Assembly: GCA_002428525.1 (NCBI GenBank)
Contig: DIWU01000032.1
Span: 1,269-65,268 of the forward strand
From: a bacterium UBP14_UBA6098
Lineage (GTDB): Bacteria; UBP14; UBA6098
Length of the DNA: 64,000 nucleotides
Direction: 5' to 3'
Part shown: piece after piece, positions 29,479 through 38,427 of the stretch
Position numbering within the stretch: the stretch's first letter is position 1
Layout: every line of letters starts with the position of its first letter
Made by a program: the position numbers and the translations under genes
The notes under the pieces: model-generated
Seen by the model: the letters and a program-made list of their open reading frames with translations, nothing else
The model's database searches: none
What the model was told of the DNA's origin: nothing

Positions 29479-30443
29479 CGCTCGCGAGAGTTGGAATTAG
29501 TCTCGGCGACCCGGGCGGAATCGGCCCGGAGGTTCTATGCAAGGCTTTGCCGCAGTTTGCCGAATCGAATGCGACCTTTAAAATATTCTGCGACCGGTTT
29601 TTCTTCGAGCGCTTGGCTAATCGTTGCTTATGGATTCGGCCCTTCCTCGATTTCGCCGAGATCTCCGGAAAGATTGAATTCTCCGAGGATTGCACCTTCG
29701 AATGGAACGGCTTGTTCGGTCGAGAAGATCCCCTTAACGGCCTCTTTGCCTTCAGGTCTCTTGAAGCCGCCGTCGATTCCGCACTTAGCGGCGAAATCAC
29801 CGCCCTCGTGACGGCCCCGCTCTCGAAGAATGCCGTCGAGATGGCCACTCGAAGCGGCTTCCGCGGTCATACCGAATACCTTCGCGACCGCACGGGGGTC
29901 GAAGATATCGTTATGATGCTGATCGCCGGAGATTTCAGGGTAGTCCCCGTGACAAGGCACATCCCGATATCGGAGGTTCCGTCGAATCTTAACGAGCGCT
30001 TGATCCGCAGGTCGGTCGAAATAGTTGCGCTGGCGATGTCGAGATACGAGCACCTCGAGCGCCCATCGATAGGGGTTCTCGCGCTCAACCCGCACGCCGG
30101 CGACAACGGCCTTTTCGGCACCGAGGAGGCAATGATCGCACGTGCGGTGAAATCCTTCGAGGGTGCTAACTTCGAGGTCGTCGGGCCGCTTGTCCCGGAT
30201 ATCGCTTTCATTCCGCGGTTTCGGACTAAATACGACGCAATCGTCGGGATGTTCCACGACCAAGTGCTGATACCATTAAAAATGGCCGGCTTTGACCACG
30301 GAGTCAATGCCACATTGGGTTTGCCCTTCATCCGAACAAGCCCGGATCACGGCACCGGCTTCGATATCGCCGGCGAGAATATTGCCGATCCCTCCAGCAT
30401 GATCGAGGCGATCTCCCTCGCGATCCGCTGGGCGGATAAATAA
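29475..30443 (+). CDS. pdxA: 4-hydroxythreonine-4-phosphate dehydrogenase
   Basis: GDPGGIGPE and the HxGxxE-like metal site are present. Confidence 0.9.
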   Translation: MTLARVGISLGDPGGIGPEVLCKALPQFAESNATFKIFCDRFFFERLANRCLWIRPFLDFAEISGKIEFSEDCTFEWNGLFGREDPLNGLFAFRSLEAAVDSALSGEITALVTAPLSKNAVEMATRSGFRGHTEYLRDRTGVEDIVMMLIAGDFRVVPVTRHIPISEVPSNLNERLIRRSVEIVALAMSRYEHLERPSIGVLALNPHAGDNGLFGTEEAMIARAVKSFEGANFEVVGPLVPDIAFIPRFRTKYDAIVGMFHDQVLIPLKMAGFDHGVNATLGLPFIRTSPDHGTGFDIAGENIADPSSMIEAISLAIRWADK

Positions 30444-30508
30444 GATAATATGTTTACTTCGATATATAATTTATTATAATTTATAATAACGATACGAGGT
30501 GGCTTTTC

Positions 30509-32371
30509 ATGATGAAAAAAATAATCTTACTGCTTGTAATACCCATCTTTAGCCTATTTGCGTGGGAGGAGATCGGCCCGATAGGCTTCTCCGCCAATCG
30601 TGTTCTCCCCGACCCAACTCGGCCGGACTCGATCTATGCAATAATCGGCGGAGGCGCTTCGGAAAGGCGTCTCGAACTCGTGCGAACACCGGACCGAGGC
30701 GCTAGCTGGGATTCCCTCGGCGAGTACGAAAGCGCCGTCCTTCATCCGGCGACCGCAGAGACCGTTTTCGCCTCTCTCGGCATCGGCTCTTTCTCCGACG
30801 GAGTTTGGCGAAGCAACGATTTCGGGCGAACCTTCGAGTTCCCGCCGCCGGACTGGCTTTATCTCGCAAAAGGTGCGATTTATGATCCCCGAGACCCCTC
30901 GAGGCTCTTCGCTTGGGGCTCTACGATCGACCGATCGACCGACGGCGGGAGTAGCTGGGAGGTTGTCTATTCGACAATCGGCACACCGGACATGTATTTC
31001 ACCGGTGTTGCAGTTGACCCGGTTTATAACCACCGCGTCTATGCTTGGGACGGCATGGGCCGCCTCTTTCACTCGCTCGACTACGGCTCCTCATGGCGCC
31101 TTCTTTTCACCTTCACCGAGCATATGTCGCCCAACGAGATAGCGGTTTCCCCTCGGGATTCTTGCATCCTTTACGCCGCTTGTTGGTGCGGCTTCGCCTT
31201 CAGCCGAAACTGCGGTTTTGATTGGGAATATGTTGACCTCGATCCGCAACCCTCGAATTGTATCTTCGTTCAGGGCGGAGCAACAGAGCATATATATATC
31301 GGCGGGGCTTACGGCGCGTTGGCCTCGGAGGACGAGGGCATGTCATGGGCGCCGCTCGGCGACGATATACCCTGCGCGGTTTTCGATATTGCCCAAGGCC
31401 CGGAACCATCCGGGGGACAGTATTTATACGTAGGCACCGAGCGCTTTGGCGCAATGCGTATGCCGATCGGGCCTTCCTCAGAGGGGCCTATCGTCGGGCC
31501 ATACAGCCCGCTAAACGGCGCATGGGTCTCTCTCGATAGTTTCGCTATCTTCGTAGGTTTGCGCGATCCCGATGGCATCGACGAGGCAAGCCTGATTTTT
31601 TCGGTTAATGACGTAGAATTCGATTGCTCTAATCCTCAGCTTTCCTTGGCAGATTCTGGCATGTTATTTATAAGCGAATATACTGATGGCGAGACCCTGC
31701 ACCTCGCCCTCGAACGGGCAAACGACTGCTTGGGTAATCCCTCGGACATGCTCCCCCTCGAATGGACGATCTATATCGACCGCTCACCCGCGGCAATGCT
31801 TTATCGCCATCCGGATTCGGCCGATGTCGTGATTGGCTCGGATATTACTGCAAAATTCTATATCCGCGATCTCGGCGCAGGAATCGACACTTCAACCTTT
31901 TACGCCGTTTTCGGCTCCGATACCGTCAGATTGTCCTCCATGGCGGCCATCTTCGATGCGGACACGTTCATTATACACCTCCCCACCGCTGGAATTTCCC
32001 CCGCACCCGGCGAGACCGTGTCGGTGGAGGTCGGAATCGCCGACAAAGCAACATTTGCGGGGCCAAACTCGATGCTTCGCAGATGGTTTTTCAGCGTCAG
32101 CCCGACAGGCCTTTCCGAGGCCAGTTTGCCGTCCGGTCTTGAGCTCTCTGTTCATCCCAATCCATTCAACTCCGCTCTAACAGTCGAGACCAATCTACCC
32201 GTAAAGATAGAAATCATCGATATTTCCGGCCGATCCGTCGCAAAACTCGATTACCCCGGCGGTGTTGCACATTGGCAACCGGATGTTTCTATTCGTTCCG
32301 GGCTATATCTTCTCCTCATCAGGACTGAGAGGGGAGAGGTTTTCACGAGAAAGATATTCTTATTGAAGTAA
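30509..32371 (+). CDS. secreted BNR/Asp-box repeat protein with T9SS C-terminal domain
   Basis: The signal peptide is followed by multiple SxDxGxSW motifs (STDGGSSWE, SLDYGSSWR). The C-terminus reads HPNPFNSALTVE...IIDISGRSV...SGLYLLLI...K. Confidence 0.65.
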   Translation: MMKKIILLLVIPIFSLFAWEEIGPIGFSANRVLPDPTRPDSIYAIIGGGASERRLELVRTPDRGASWDSLGEYESAVLHPATAETVFASLGIGSFSDGVWRSNDFGRTFEFPPPDWLYLAKGAIYDPRDPSRLFAWGSTIDRSTDGGSSWEVVYSTIGTPDMYFTGVAVDPVYNHRVYAWDGMGRLFHSLDYGSSWRLLFTFTEHMSPNEIAVSPRDSCILYAACWCGFAFSRNCGFDWEYVDLDPQPSNCIFVQGGATEHIYIGGAYGALASEDEGMSWAPLGDDIPCAVFDIAQGPEPSGGQYLYVGTERFGAMRMPIGPSSEGPIVGPYSPLNGAWVSLDSFAIFVGLRDPDGIDEASLIFSVNDVEFDCSNPQLSLADSGMLFISEYTDGETLHLALERANDCLGNPSDMLPLEWTIYIDRSPAAMLYRHPDSADVVIGSDITAKFYIRDLGAGIDTSTFYAVFGSDTVRLSSMAAIFDADTFIIHLPTAGISPAPGETVSVEVGIADKATFAGPNSMLRRWFFSVSPTGLSEASLPSGLELSVHPNPFNSALTVETNLPVKIEIIDISGRSVAKLDYPGGVAHWQPDVSIRSGLYLLLIRTERGEVFTRKIFLLK

Positions 32372-32479
32372 ATTATTATTATTGTTATTCATAGTATTCA
32401 TTATGTAATATTACTCTTTAAACATTTAACCGCATCATTAAAGCATTTGTCAATAATTAGTATTATATCATAAAGGAGT

Positions 32480-33475
32480 ATGATGAGAGATATAAATATC
32501 GATAGAATACTATCGCTTCATACGAAAGCACCGCTAGTCGATCTTCACGCGGATACCTTCTCGATGTCGAAAGATTCGCCTCGTTTCGTCGAGGGATCGT
32601 TCGAAACCAAGCTCGATCTCCCTCGGATGTTCGAGGTAGGGCTTTGGGCGGAGGCCTTCAGCCTCTTTGTATATCCTAAATGGGGTGACGAAATCCCCGA
32701 AAAATGGCGCGAAATAGCGCATAAACAACTTATCGGGATAGAAAGTGCAATAGCGAGTTCCGGCGGAAAGCTCCGTCTTGCGAGGAACTCGACCGAGCTT
32801 CTCGAAAACCGCAATAACGGGGCAGTTAGCGCGATAATAGAGGTAGAGGGTTTACATTCCCTTTGCGGCAACCTCGAAGATATTAACATGCTTTTCAATC
32901 GCGGAGTCCGTATTTTTACTCTTACTTGGAACAACTCAAACGATTGGGCGACCTCGTGTATGGATCCCTCGGCTAACTCCAAGGGGCTCACAGCTTTAGG
33001 AGAAGAGGCAGTGCGCAAAATCGACGCTCTCGGCGGACTGATCGATTTTTCTCATTCAGGTGAAAAAACATTCTGGGAAACAATGAGTATCATCAGGAAA
33101 CCACCGATTTGCACCCATTCGTGTTGCATGTCCCTTCAAACCTCGCCGAGGAACCTCACCGACGAACAAATTTGCGCAATCATAGACAAACAAGGCATCA
33201 TCGGTGTTAATTTCTATCCCGGATTTCTCTCCCCTAAGGACAAATCCGAGGTCACTTCGGCGGATATCGTCGATCATATCGAGCACATAGTTTCGCTCGG
33301 CGGTGAAGAAAATGTCGGCCTCGGCTCGGATTTCGACGGCGTCAGTTACCTGCCGACAGACATCTCCGACTGTCACGGGCTTGTCAATATCACTCGAGAA
33401 ATGATCATTCGCGGCTTCGACGAAGAAACCTTGCTTAGGGTTTTAGGAGGAAATTTTCTTAGAGTATTTCAATAG
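32480..33475 (+). CDS. membrane dipeptidase (peptidase family M19)
   Basis: DLHADT, FTLTWN and HSGEK are M19 signatures. Confidence 0.8.
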   Translation: MMRDINIDRILSLHTKAPLVDLHADTFSMSKDSPRFVEGSFETKLDLPRMFEVGLWAEAFSLFVYPKWGDEIPEKWREIAHKQLIGIESAIASSGGKLRLARNSTELLENRNNGAVSAIIEVEGLHSLCGNLEDINMLFNRGVRIFTLTWNNSNDWATSCMDPSANSKGLTALGEEAVRKIDALGGLIDFSHSGEKTFWETMSIIRKPPICTHSCCMSLQTSPRNLTDEQICAIIDKQGIIGVNFYPGFLSPKDKSEVTSADIVDHIEHIVSLGGEENVGLGSDFDGVSYLPTDISDCHGLVNITREMIIRGFDEETLLRVLGGNFLRVFQ

Positions 33476-33790
33476 AATATTTCGTAAATATTGAAGTGAG
33501 AAAAAAATCAGCAAAGTTAAAAATTGTTTGAAATTCTAAGCATTTATTTGTAAATTATGTCGAGCATCCTAAAACCAGTGGTGAATTAGGCCATGGAGAA
33601 ATCGAAATGAGCGCATCAAACAACGAAAATCGTAACTGCGTCGAACCGAATCTTAGCGATCGAGACGACCCCGGACCACGACGAAAGTTCCTCGCGGCCG
33701 CTCCCGCGAAAGCGCCTACGCTCTGATCGAGCCTTCCCGCTTCGCCTCCGGCCGCAATGGAAATAGTCTGCGGCGGATAGGAGGCGAGAG
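33476..33790 (+). promoter_or_regulatory. long (about 315 nt) untranslated leader upstream of mgtE, candidate cis-regulatory RNA
   Basis: No plausible ORF is present. The region is GC-rich and ends with the GGAGG Shine-Dalgarno site of mgtE. mgtE genes are often riboswitch-controlled. Confidence 0.3.
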
Positions 33791-35173
33791 ATGAAAAATA
33801 CAAATCCCCTTCTCGTTCCGGAACTTCGCGAACTGCTCGCGACGAAGGACGGCAAAACAATCCGCGATCTCTGCGAGACAGGCCATCCGGCTAATGTCGC
33901 GGATCTGATCTCCCCGCTCGAGCCTAAAGAGGTTTGGGCGATCCTCGAGTATTTGAACTCAGAGCTTCGAGCCGAGATTTTCCGGCATTTAGACGAGGAT
34001 GTTCAAATCGAAATAATGGAGGATCTCCCCCGAAAGGAGGTTGCCCATATACTCGCCGAGATGCACCCCGACGACAGAGCCGACCTTTTCAAACAGCTTC
34101 CCGAAAGCCTTCAGGAATCGGTCCTTCCAGCCATGGCACAAGCCGAACGCGAGGATATTCGCAGGCTGATCTCCTTCCGTGAAGGAACCGCGGGGGCCGT
34201 GATGACCTCCGATTACGCCGCTCTTCCTCCGCAACTCACTGCCGCGCAAGCGATAGACAGGCTTCGAGAGGTCGCACCCGACAAAGAAACGATCTACTAT
34301 GCTTATGTAGTCGATGACGAGCGCAAATTGCTCGGTTATGTTTCCTTGAAAGACTTGATCATCGCGCGGAGGGATGCGAGAGTCGAGGCGATTATGCAAA
34401 CCGAAGCAGTTTACTGCCGTGTTGACGACGACCAAGAGGACGCCGCGAGGAAGATCCAAAAATACGACCTTTTGGCACTGCCGGTCCTCAACGGCGGCGA
34501 CGCGCTCGTCGGCATCATCACTCATGACGACGCCCTCGATATCATCACTCAAGAGCATACCGAGGATATGGAGAAATTCATGGCGATCGCGGGGAGCCAC
34601 GAGGATTCGGTTTATATTAAAACCTCGGCTTGGAGGCATTTCAAGAACCGCGCTCCGTGGGTCGTGCTCCTCGCTATCCTCGGACTTTTATCGGGGTTTA
34701 TCGTGCAGTCGTTCGAGGGCCTTCTTTTTCAGTTTGCGATACTCCTCACATTCATGCCGATGCTCGCCGCTACCGGCGGTAACACCGGTAGCCAAGCCGC
34801 TTCCCTCGTTGTGCGAGCCCTCGCACTCCGCGAAATCCACCCGAGGGATATCCTCGGGATATTAACTAAGGAATTCCAAGTCTCACTGATGCTCGCTATA
34901 TTGCTCGGTGTAATTGCCTTCGCCAGAGTGATGATCTTCGAAGGCAACGCCAATACCCCCGGAAACTCACTCCTAACAGTGGGTTTAGCGATATCTATCG
35001 CCCTCGGGCTTCAAGTTATAACCTCGACTCTCATCGGAGCGCTTCTTCCACTCGGAGCCGCAAAACTCAAACTCGACCCCGCGGTGGTTGCAAGCCCGGC
35101 ACTTACAACCATCGTCGATATTACAGGCCTCCTCATCTTCTTCCTCACAGCGAAAACAATGCTCAGTATATAA
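33791..35173 (+). CDS. mgtE: magnesium transporter MgtE
   Basis: It has the MgtE N domain, tandem CBS domains and a C-terminal 5-TM domain with PMLAATGGNTGSQA. Confidence 0.9.
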   Translation: MKNTNPLLVPELRELLATKDGKTIRDLCETGHPANVADLISPLEPKEVWAILEYLNSELRAEIFRHLDEDVQIEIMEDLPRKEVAHILAEMHPDDRADLFKQLPESLQESVLPAMAQAEREDIRRLISFREGTAGAVMTSDYAALPPQLTAAQAIDRLREVAPDKETIYYAYVVDDERKLLGYVSLKDLIIARRDARVEAIMQTEAVYCRVDDDQEDAARKIQKYDLLALPVLNGGDALVGIITHDDALDIITQEHTEDMEKFMAIAGSHEDSVYIKTSAWRHFKNRAPWVVLLAILGLLSGFIVQSFEGLLFQFAILLTFMPMLAATGGNTGSQAASLVVRALALREIHPRDILGILTKEFQVSLMLAILLGVIAFARVMIFEGNANTPGNSLLTVGLAISIALGLQVITSTLIGALLPLGAAKLKLDPAVVASPALTTIVDITGLLIFFLTAKTMLSI

Positions 35174-35434
35174 ACTTCAGCCCCTTCGTTCAGGGGCGTC
35201 GGGATTTCGGCGGCCTCCGGAAAGCTCGCTTTCCTCTGGCCGTCGAAATCGCCGTCGAGCCGGAGCACGATCGCGCCCATAACTCCTCTATCGTCCCGGC
35301 CCGACGGCCCGCGCATGCGCGACCGACGCCCCGAAGCGCGGAACATGATCTGTTCAAACCACTAATCTCTTGGGCGATGAACATTTGTGGAGGTCCGAAG
35401 CGGAATTTGAAAATCTATTATTAATAATAATGGC

Positions 35435-35462
35435 TTGACAATACCGTTTATCGACTTATATT
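35435..35462 (+). promoter_or_regulatory. near-consensus sigma70 promoter TTGACA-16-TATATT for cmk-rpsA
   Basis: TTGACA is at 35435-35440, a 16-nt spacer follows, and TATATT is at 35457-35462. Confidence 0.6.
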
Positions 35463-35509
35463 TCACCGATTATTGTAAAATTTGGAGAGGACTCCAAAGG
35501 GGTATTGAT

Positions 35510-36184
35510 TTGTCTGGAAAGAAGATAAGAATTGCAATCGACGGACCTGCAGGTTCAGGGAAATCCACAATAGCGAGGCTTTTAGCCGAACGCCTTGGCT
35601 ACACCTATCTCGACACGGGTGCGATGTATCGCGCCCTGACACTGATCGCGATCGAGGAGGGCATCGATCCCGCGGACGGCGAAGCGCTTGCCGAAAGGTT
35701 GCATTCGATGGAGATACGCCTTGAGCCGGGAAGAACGTTTATCGGCTACGACGATGTGTCCGAGGCGATTCGCACACCTCGGGTCGATGCATTGGTCTCG
35801 CAGGTTTGCGCTCATCCGGCGGTTCGGCGCGAGATGGTTCGGCGACAACGCGAAGGGGCGCAAATAAATTCTATTATCATGGAGGGCCGCGATATAGGCA
35901 CTGTAGTTCTCCCAGATGCGGAAATCAAGCTTTTTCTGACAGCGACTTCCCTTTCGAGGGCCAAACGCAGGGCAAAACAACTCGAGCAAGCCGGGATCGA
36001 TTTCGATTTAGAGGCGCTCGAAAGCGACATAATCCGCCGAGACAGGATGGACTCCACTCGCGCGGACAGCCCCCTTCGCAAGGCCGAGGACGCGATCGAG
36101 ATCGACAATACCGACGAAACACTAATCGAATCGGTAGATCATATCGAACGAATTGTCCGTAACTACTTGGAAGATAATAACTAA
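35510..36184 (+). CDS. cmk: cytidylate kinase
   Basis: IRIAIDGPAGSGKST is present. The start was set to the in-frame TTG at 35510 after AAAGGGG, and the tool start at 35435 coincides with the -35 box. Confidence 0.85.
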   Translation: MSGKKIRIAIDGPAGSGKSTIARLLAERLGYTYLDTGAMYRALTLIAIEEGIDPADGEALAERLHSMEIRLEPGRTFIGYDDVSEAIRTPRVDALVSQVCAHPAVRREMVRRQREGAQINSIIMEGRDIGTVVLPDAEIKLFLTATSLSRAKRRAKQLEQAGIDFDLEALESDIIRRDRMDSTRADSPLRKAEDAIEIDNTDETLIESVDHIERIVRNYLEDNN

Positions 36185-36206
36185 CCCATAATTAAGGAGA
36201 AACCCG

Positions 36207-38420
36207 ATGAACCAACAAGTCCCAGAGGAGTATTTCGAGGAGGCTCAATCGAGCCCGACTCCCGAATACCAACCGACCGATGAGGCCGGCGACGAGATCG
36301 CCGAAAAGGCCTCAACGGCCGAACCGGACCCCGTTCCGGAAGAAGAAACCTCTTTCGCCGGCCGCGAAGAGCTGGCCGATGAGTCAATCGCTACTAAAAC
36401 AGCGGAAAAAACAAAGCCGGAAAAGGCCTTTACTCCTCAGCCTTCCAAACTCGTCCCCCTCTTCTCCGAGGGCGATGTTCCCGACGACGACGACCTCTCC
36501 GAGGACTACACCCCGGAAGAGCGCCTCGCTATGTTAGAGCGCATGGAAGAGACTATGACCACGCTCAAACAACACGAGGTCATCGAGGGTAAAATCCTTC
36601 GTTTTTCAGGCGAAGATGTCGTTGTCGATATCGGCTTCAAGTCCGAGGGTATTGTCCCGCGCGCAGAGTTCGAGGGCGAGATCAAGATAGGCGAAACTAT
36701 ACTCGTTTTTGTCGAACAACTCGAAGACGAACACGGACAGGTTGTTATCTCCAAGCGCAAGGCCGATTTCGTCCGCGTTTGGAAGGAGATCCGCGAGGCC
36801 TATGAATCGGGCGAGCTCGTAAAGGGCATCATCCGCAAGCGCATCAAGGGCGGCATGGTAGTGGATATCATGGGCGTCGATGCCTTCCTCCCCGGAAGCC
36901 AGATCGCCCTTCGCCAAGTCCCCGACTTCGACGCGCTCATCAATCAAGAGATGGACTTCCGCGTTATCAAGCTCAATAAGATCCGTAGGAATATAGTCGT
37001 CAGCAGGCGTATCGTCCTCGAGGACGAGCGTTGCAACAAGCGCCAAGACCTGCTCTCGGAGATCGAGGAGGAACAGGTTCGCCTCGGTATCGTCAAGAAC
37101 ATCACCGACTTCGGCGTGTTCATCGACCTCGGCGGCCTCGACGGCCTTCTGCACATCACCGATATGTCTTGGTCGAGGATCAAACACCCCTCCGAGATGG
37201 TCAAGATCGGCGACGAGATCAATGTCAAGATATTGAAATACGACAAAAAGAAGGAAAGAATCAGCCTCGGACTCAAACAGCTCACGCCTTCGCCTTGGGA
37301 GGCCGTCGAGGAGAAATACCCCGAAGGCGCCCGTATTCGCGGCAAGGTCGTCAATATCACCAAGTATGGTGCGTTTGTCGAGCTTGAAGAGGGCATCGAG
37401 GGGCTGGTTCATATCTCCGAGATGTCTTGGACGAAGCATATCAACCACCCCTCCGAGGTCATCGCCCTCGGCGACGAGATCGATGTCATCGTCCTTTCGG
37501 TCGATAAGGAAAACCAGAAGATCTCCCTCGGCGTCAAACAACTTCAGCCCGATCCGTGGACGATGCTTGCGGCCAAGTATCCCCCCGGAACGAGAATCAC
37601 CGGCGTCGTCCGCAACCTCACAAGCTTCGGCGCATTCGTCGAGGTCGAGGAGGGGATCGACGGTTTGGTTCACATCTCCGATATGTCTTGGACGAAGCGC
37701 ATTATGCACCCCTCCGAGATCATGAAGAAGGGCGACGAGAAGGAACTCACCGTCCTGAATATCGACCCGGAGAACAGGCGCGTCAGCCTCGGCCTCAAAC
37801 AGCTCGAGAAAGACCCATGGCCGGAGCTTTCCGGCAAATACTCGGTCGGGCGCGAGACAGAGGGCAGAATCCTCCGTATGAACGACCGCGGCGTCACAGT
37901 CAAGCTCCCCGACGATGTCGAGGGCTTCGTTCCGGTGACCCAGCTCGGAAAAGAGGTCAACAGGCCGCAGGACGCCTTTGCGGACGGCGATCTTCTTCCT
38001 CTCAAGGTGCTCGAGTTCGACAAAAACGAGCGCCGAATCGTCCTCAGCGTGAACGCCTTCTTCGATACCAAAGAGCAATCCGATCTCGAACGCTACCTCG
38101 GCGCGCATCCCACCAAGACAGCGGCCTTTGGCGACGCACTCGGCGAGGCGCTCAATATCGAGAACGAGCCTGAGGCTCAGGACTTCGGGTCGGCCGAAGA
38201 GCCGGTAGCTTTTGAAGAGGCTCCGGTCGAGGCTCCTGTCGAAGAGCCTGTTGAGGAGACTCTTGAGGAGACTATCGAGGAAACGGTCGAAGAACCGGTT
38301 GTCCTCGAGGAGGCTCCAGTCGAAGCCCCTATCGAAGAACCGGCCGAAGAACCGGCTGTTTCCGAGGAGGCTCCGATCGAGGAAATCGCAGAGACCACTG
38401 ACGAAACTGAAAAAAAATAA
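36207..38420 (+). CDS. rpsA: 30S ribosomal protein S1 with N- and C-terminal acidic low-complexity extensions
   Basis: Six S1 domains are present, and cmk-rpsA synteny is conserved. The C-terminal ~110 aa are an E/P/V-rich repeat (EEAPVEAPVEEPVEE...). Confidence 0.9.
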   Translation: MNQQVPEEYFEEAQSSPTPEYQPTDEAGDEIAEKASTAEPDPVPEEETSFAGREELADESIATKTAEKTKPEKAFTPQPSKLVPLFSEGDVPDDDDLSEDYTPEERLAMLERMEETMTTLKQHEVIEGKILRFSGEDVVVDIGFKSEGIVPRAEFEGEIKIGETILVFVEQLEDEHGQVVISKRKADFVRVWKEIREAYESGELVKGIIRKRIKGGMVVDIMGVDAFLPGSQIALRQVPDFDALINQEMDFRVIKLNKIRRNIVVSRRIVLEDERCNKRQDLLSEIEEEQVRLGIVKNITDFGVFIDLGGLDGLLHITDMSWSRIKHPSEMVKIGDEINVKILKYDKKKERISLGLKQLTPSPWEAVEEKYPEGARIRGKVVNITKYGAFVELEEGIEGLVHISEMSWTKHINHPSEVIALGDEIDVIVLSVDKENQKISLGVKQLQPDPWTMLAAKYPPGTRITGVVRNLTSFGAFVEVEEGIDGLVHISDMSWTKRIMHPSEIMKKGDEKELTVLNIDPENRRVSLGLKQLEKDPWPELSGKYSVGRETEGRILRMNDRGVTVKLPDDVEGFVPVTQLGKEVNRPQDAFADGDLLPLKVLEFDKNERRIVLSVNAFFDTKEQSDLERYLGAHPTKTAAFGDALGEALNIENEPEAQDFGSAEEPVAFEEAPVEAPVEEPVEETLEETIEETVEEPVVLEEAPVEAPIEEPAEEPAVSEEAPIEEIAETTDETEKK

Positions 38421-38427
38421 TCTATCG

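Noticed and set aside
33555-33860. 101-aa minus-strand ORF over the mgtE leader, and a tmRNA/M-box-like reading of the leader
   Set aside because: The ORF overlaps the mgtE start on the opposite strand with no Shine-Dalgarno site. I could not find tmRNA ends (GGGGCTGATTCTGGATTCGACGGG / GGTTCGAATCC...CCACCA), and the ANNENRNCVE translation does not end in ALAA. I could not find M-box core motifs either.
35011-35384. Two minus-strand ORFs (111 and 64 aa) in the mgtE-cmk intergenic region
   Set aside because: They are GC-rich palindromic DNA giving Arg/Ala/Gly-rich translations. They have no start context and overlap the mgtE 3' end.
38212-38427. Tool-predicted N-terminal extension of the first OmpA gene (MKRLRSRLLSK...)
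   Set aside because: This Arg/Lys-rich stretch is the out-of-frame reading of the acidic S1 tail. The real start is ATG 38428, after the rpsA stop.
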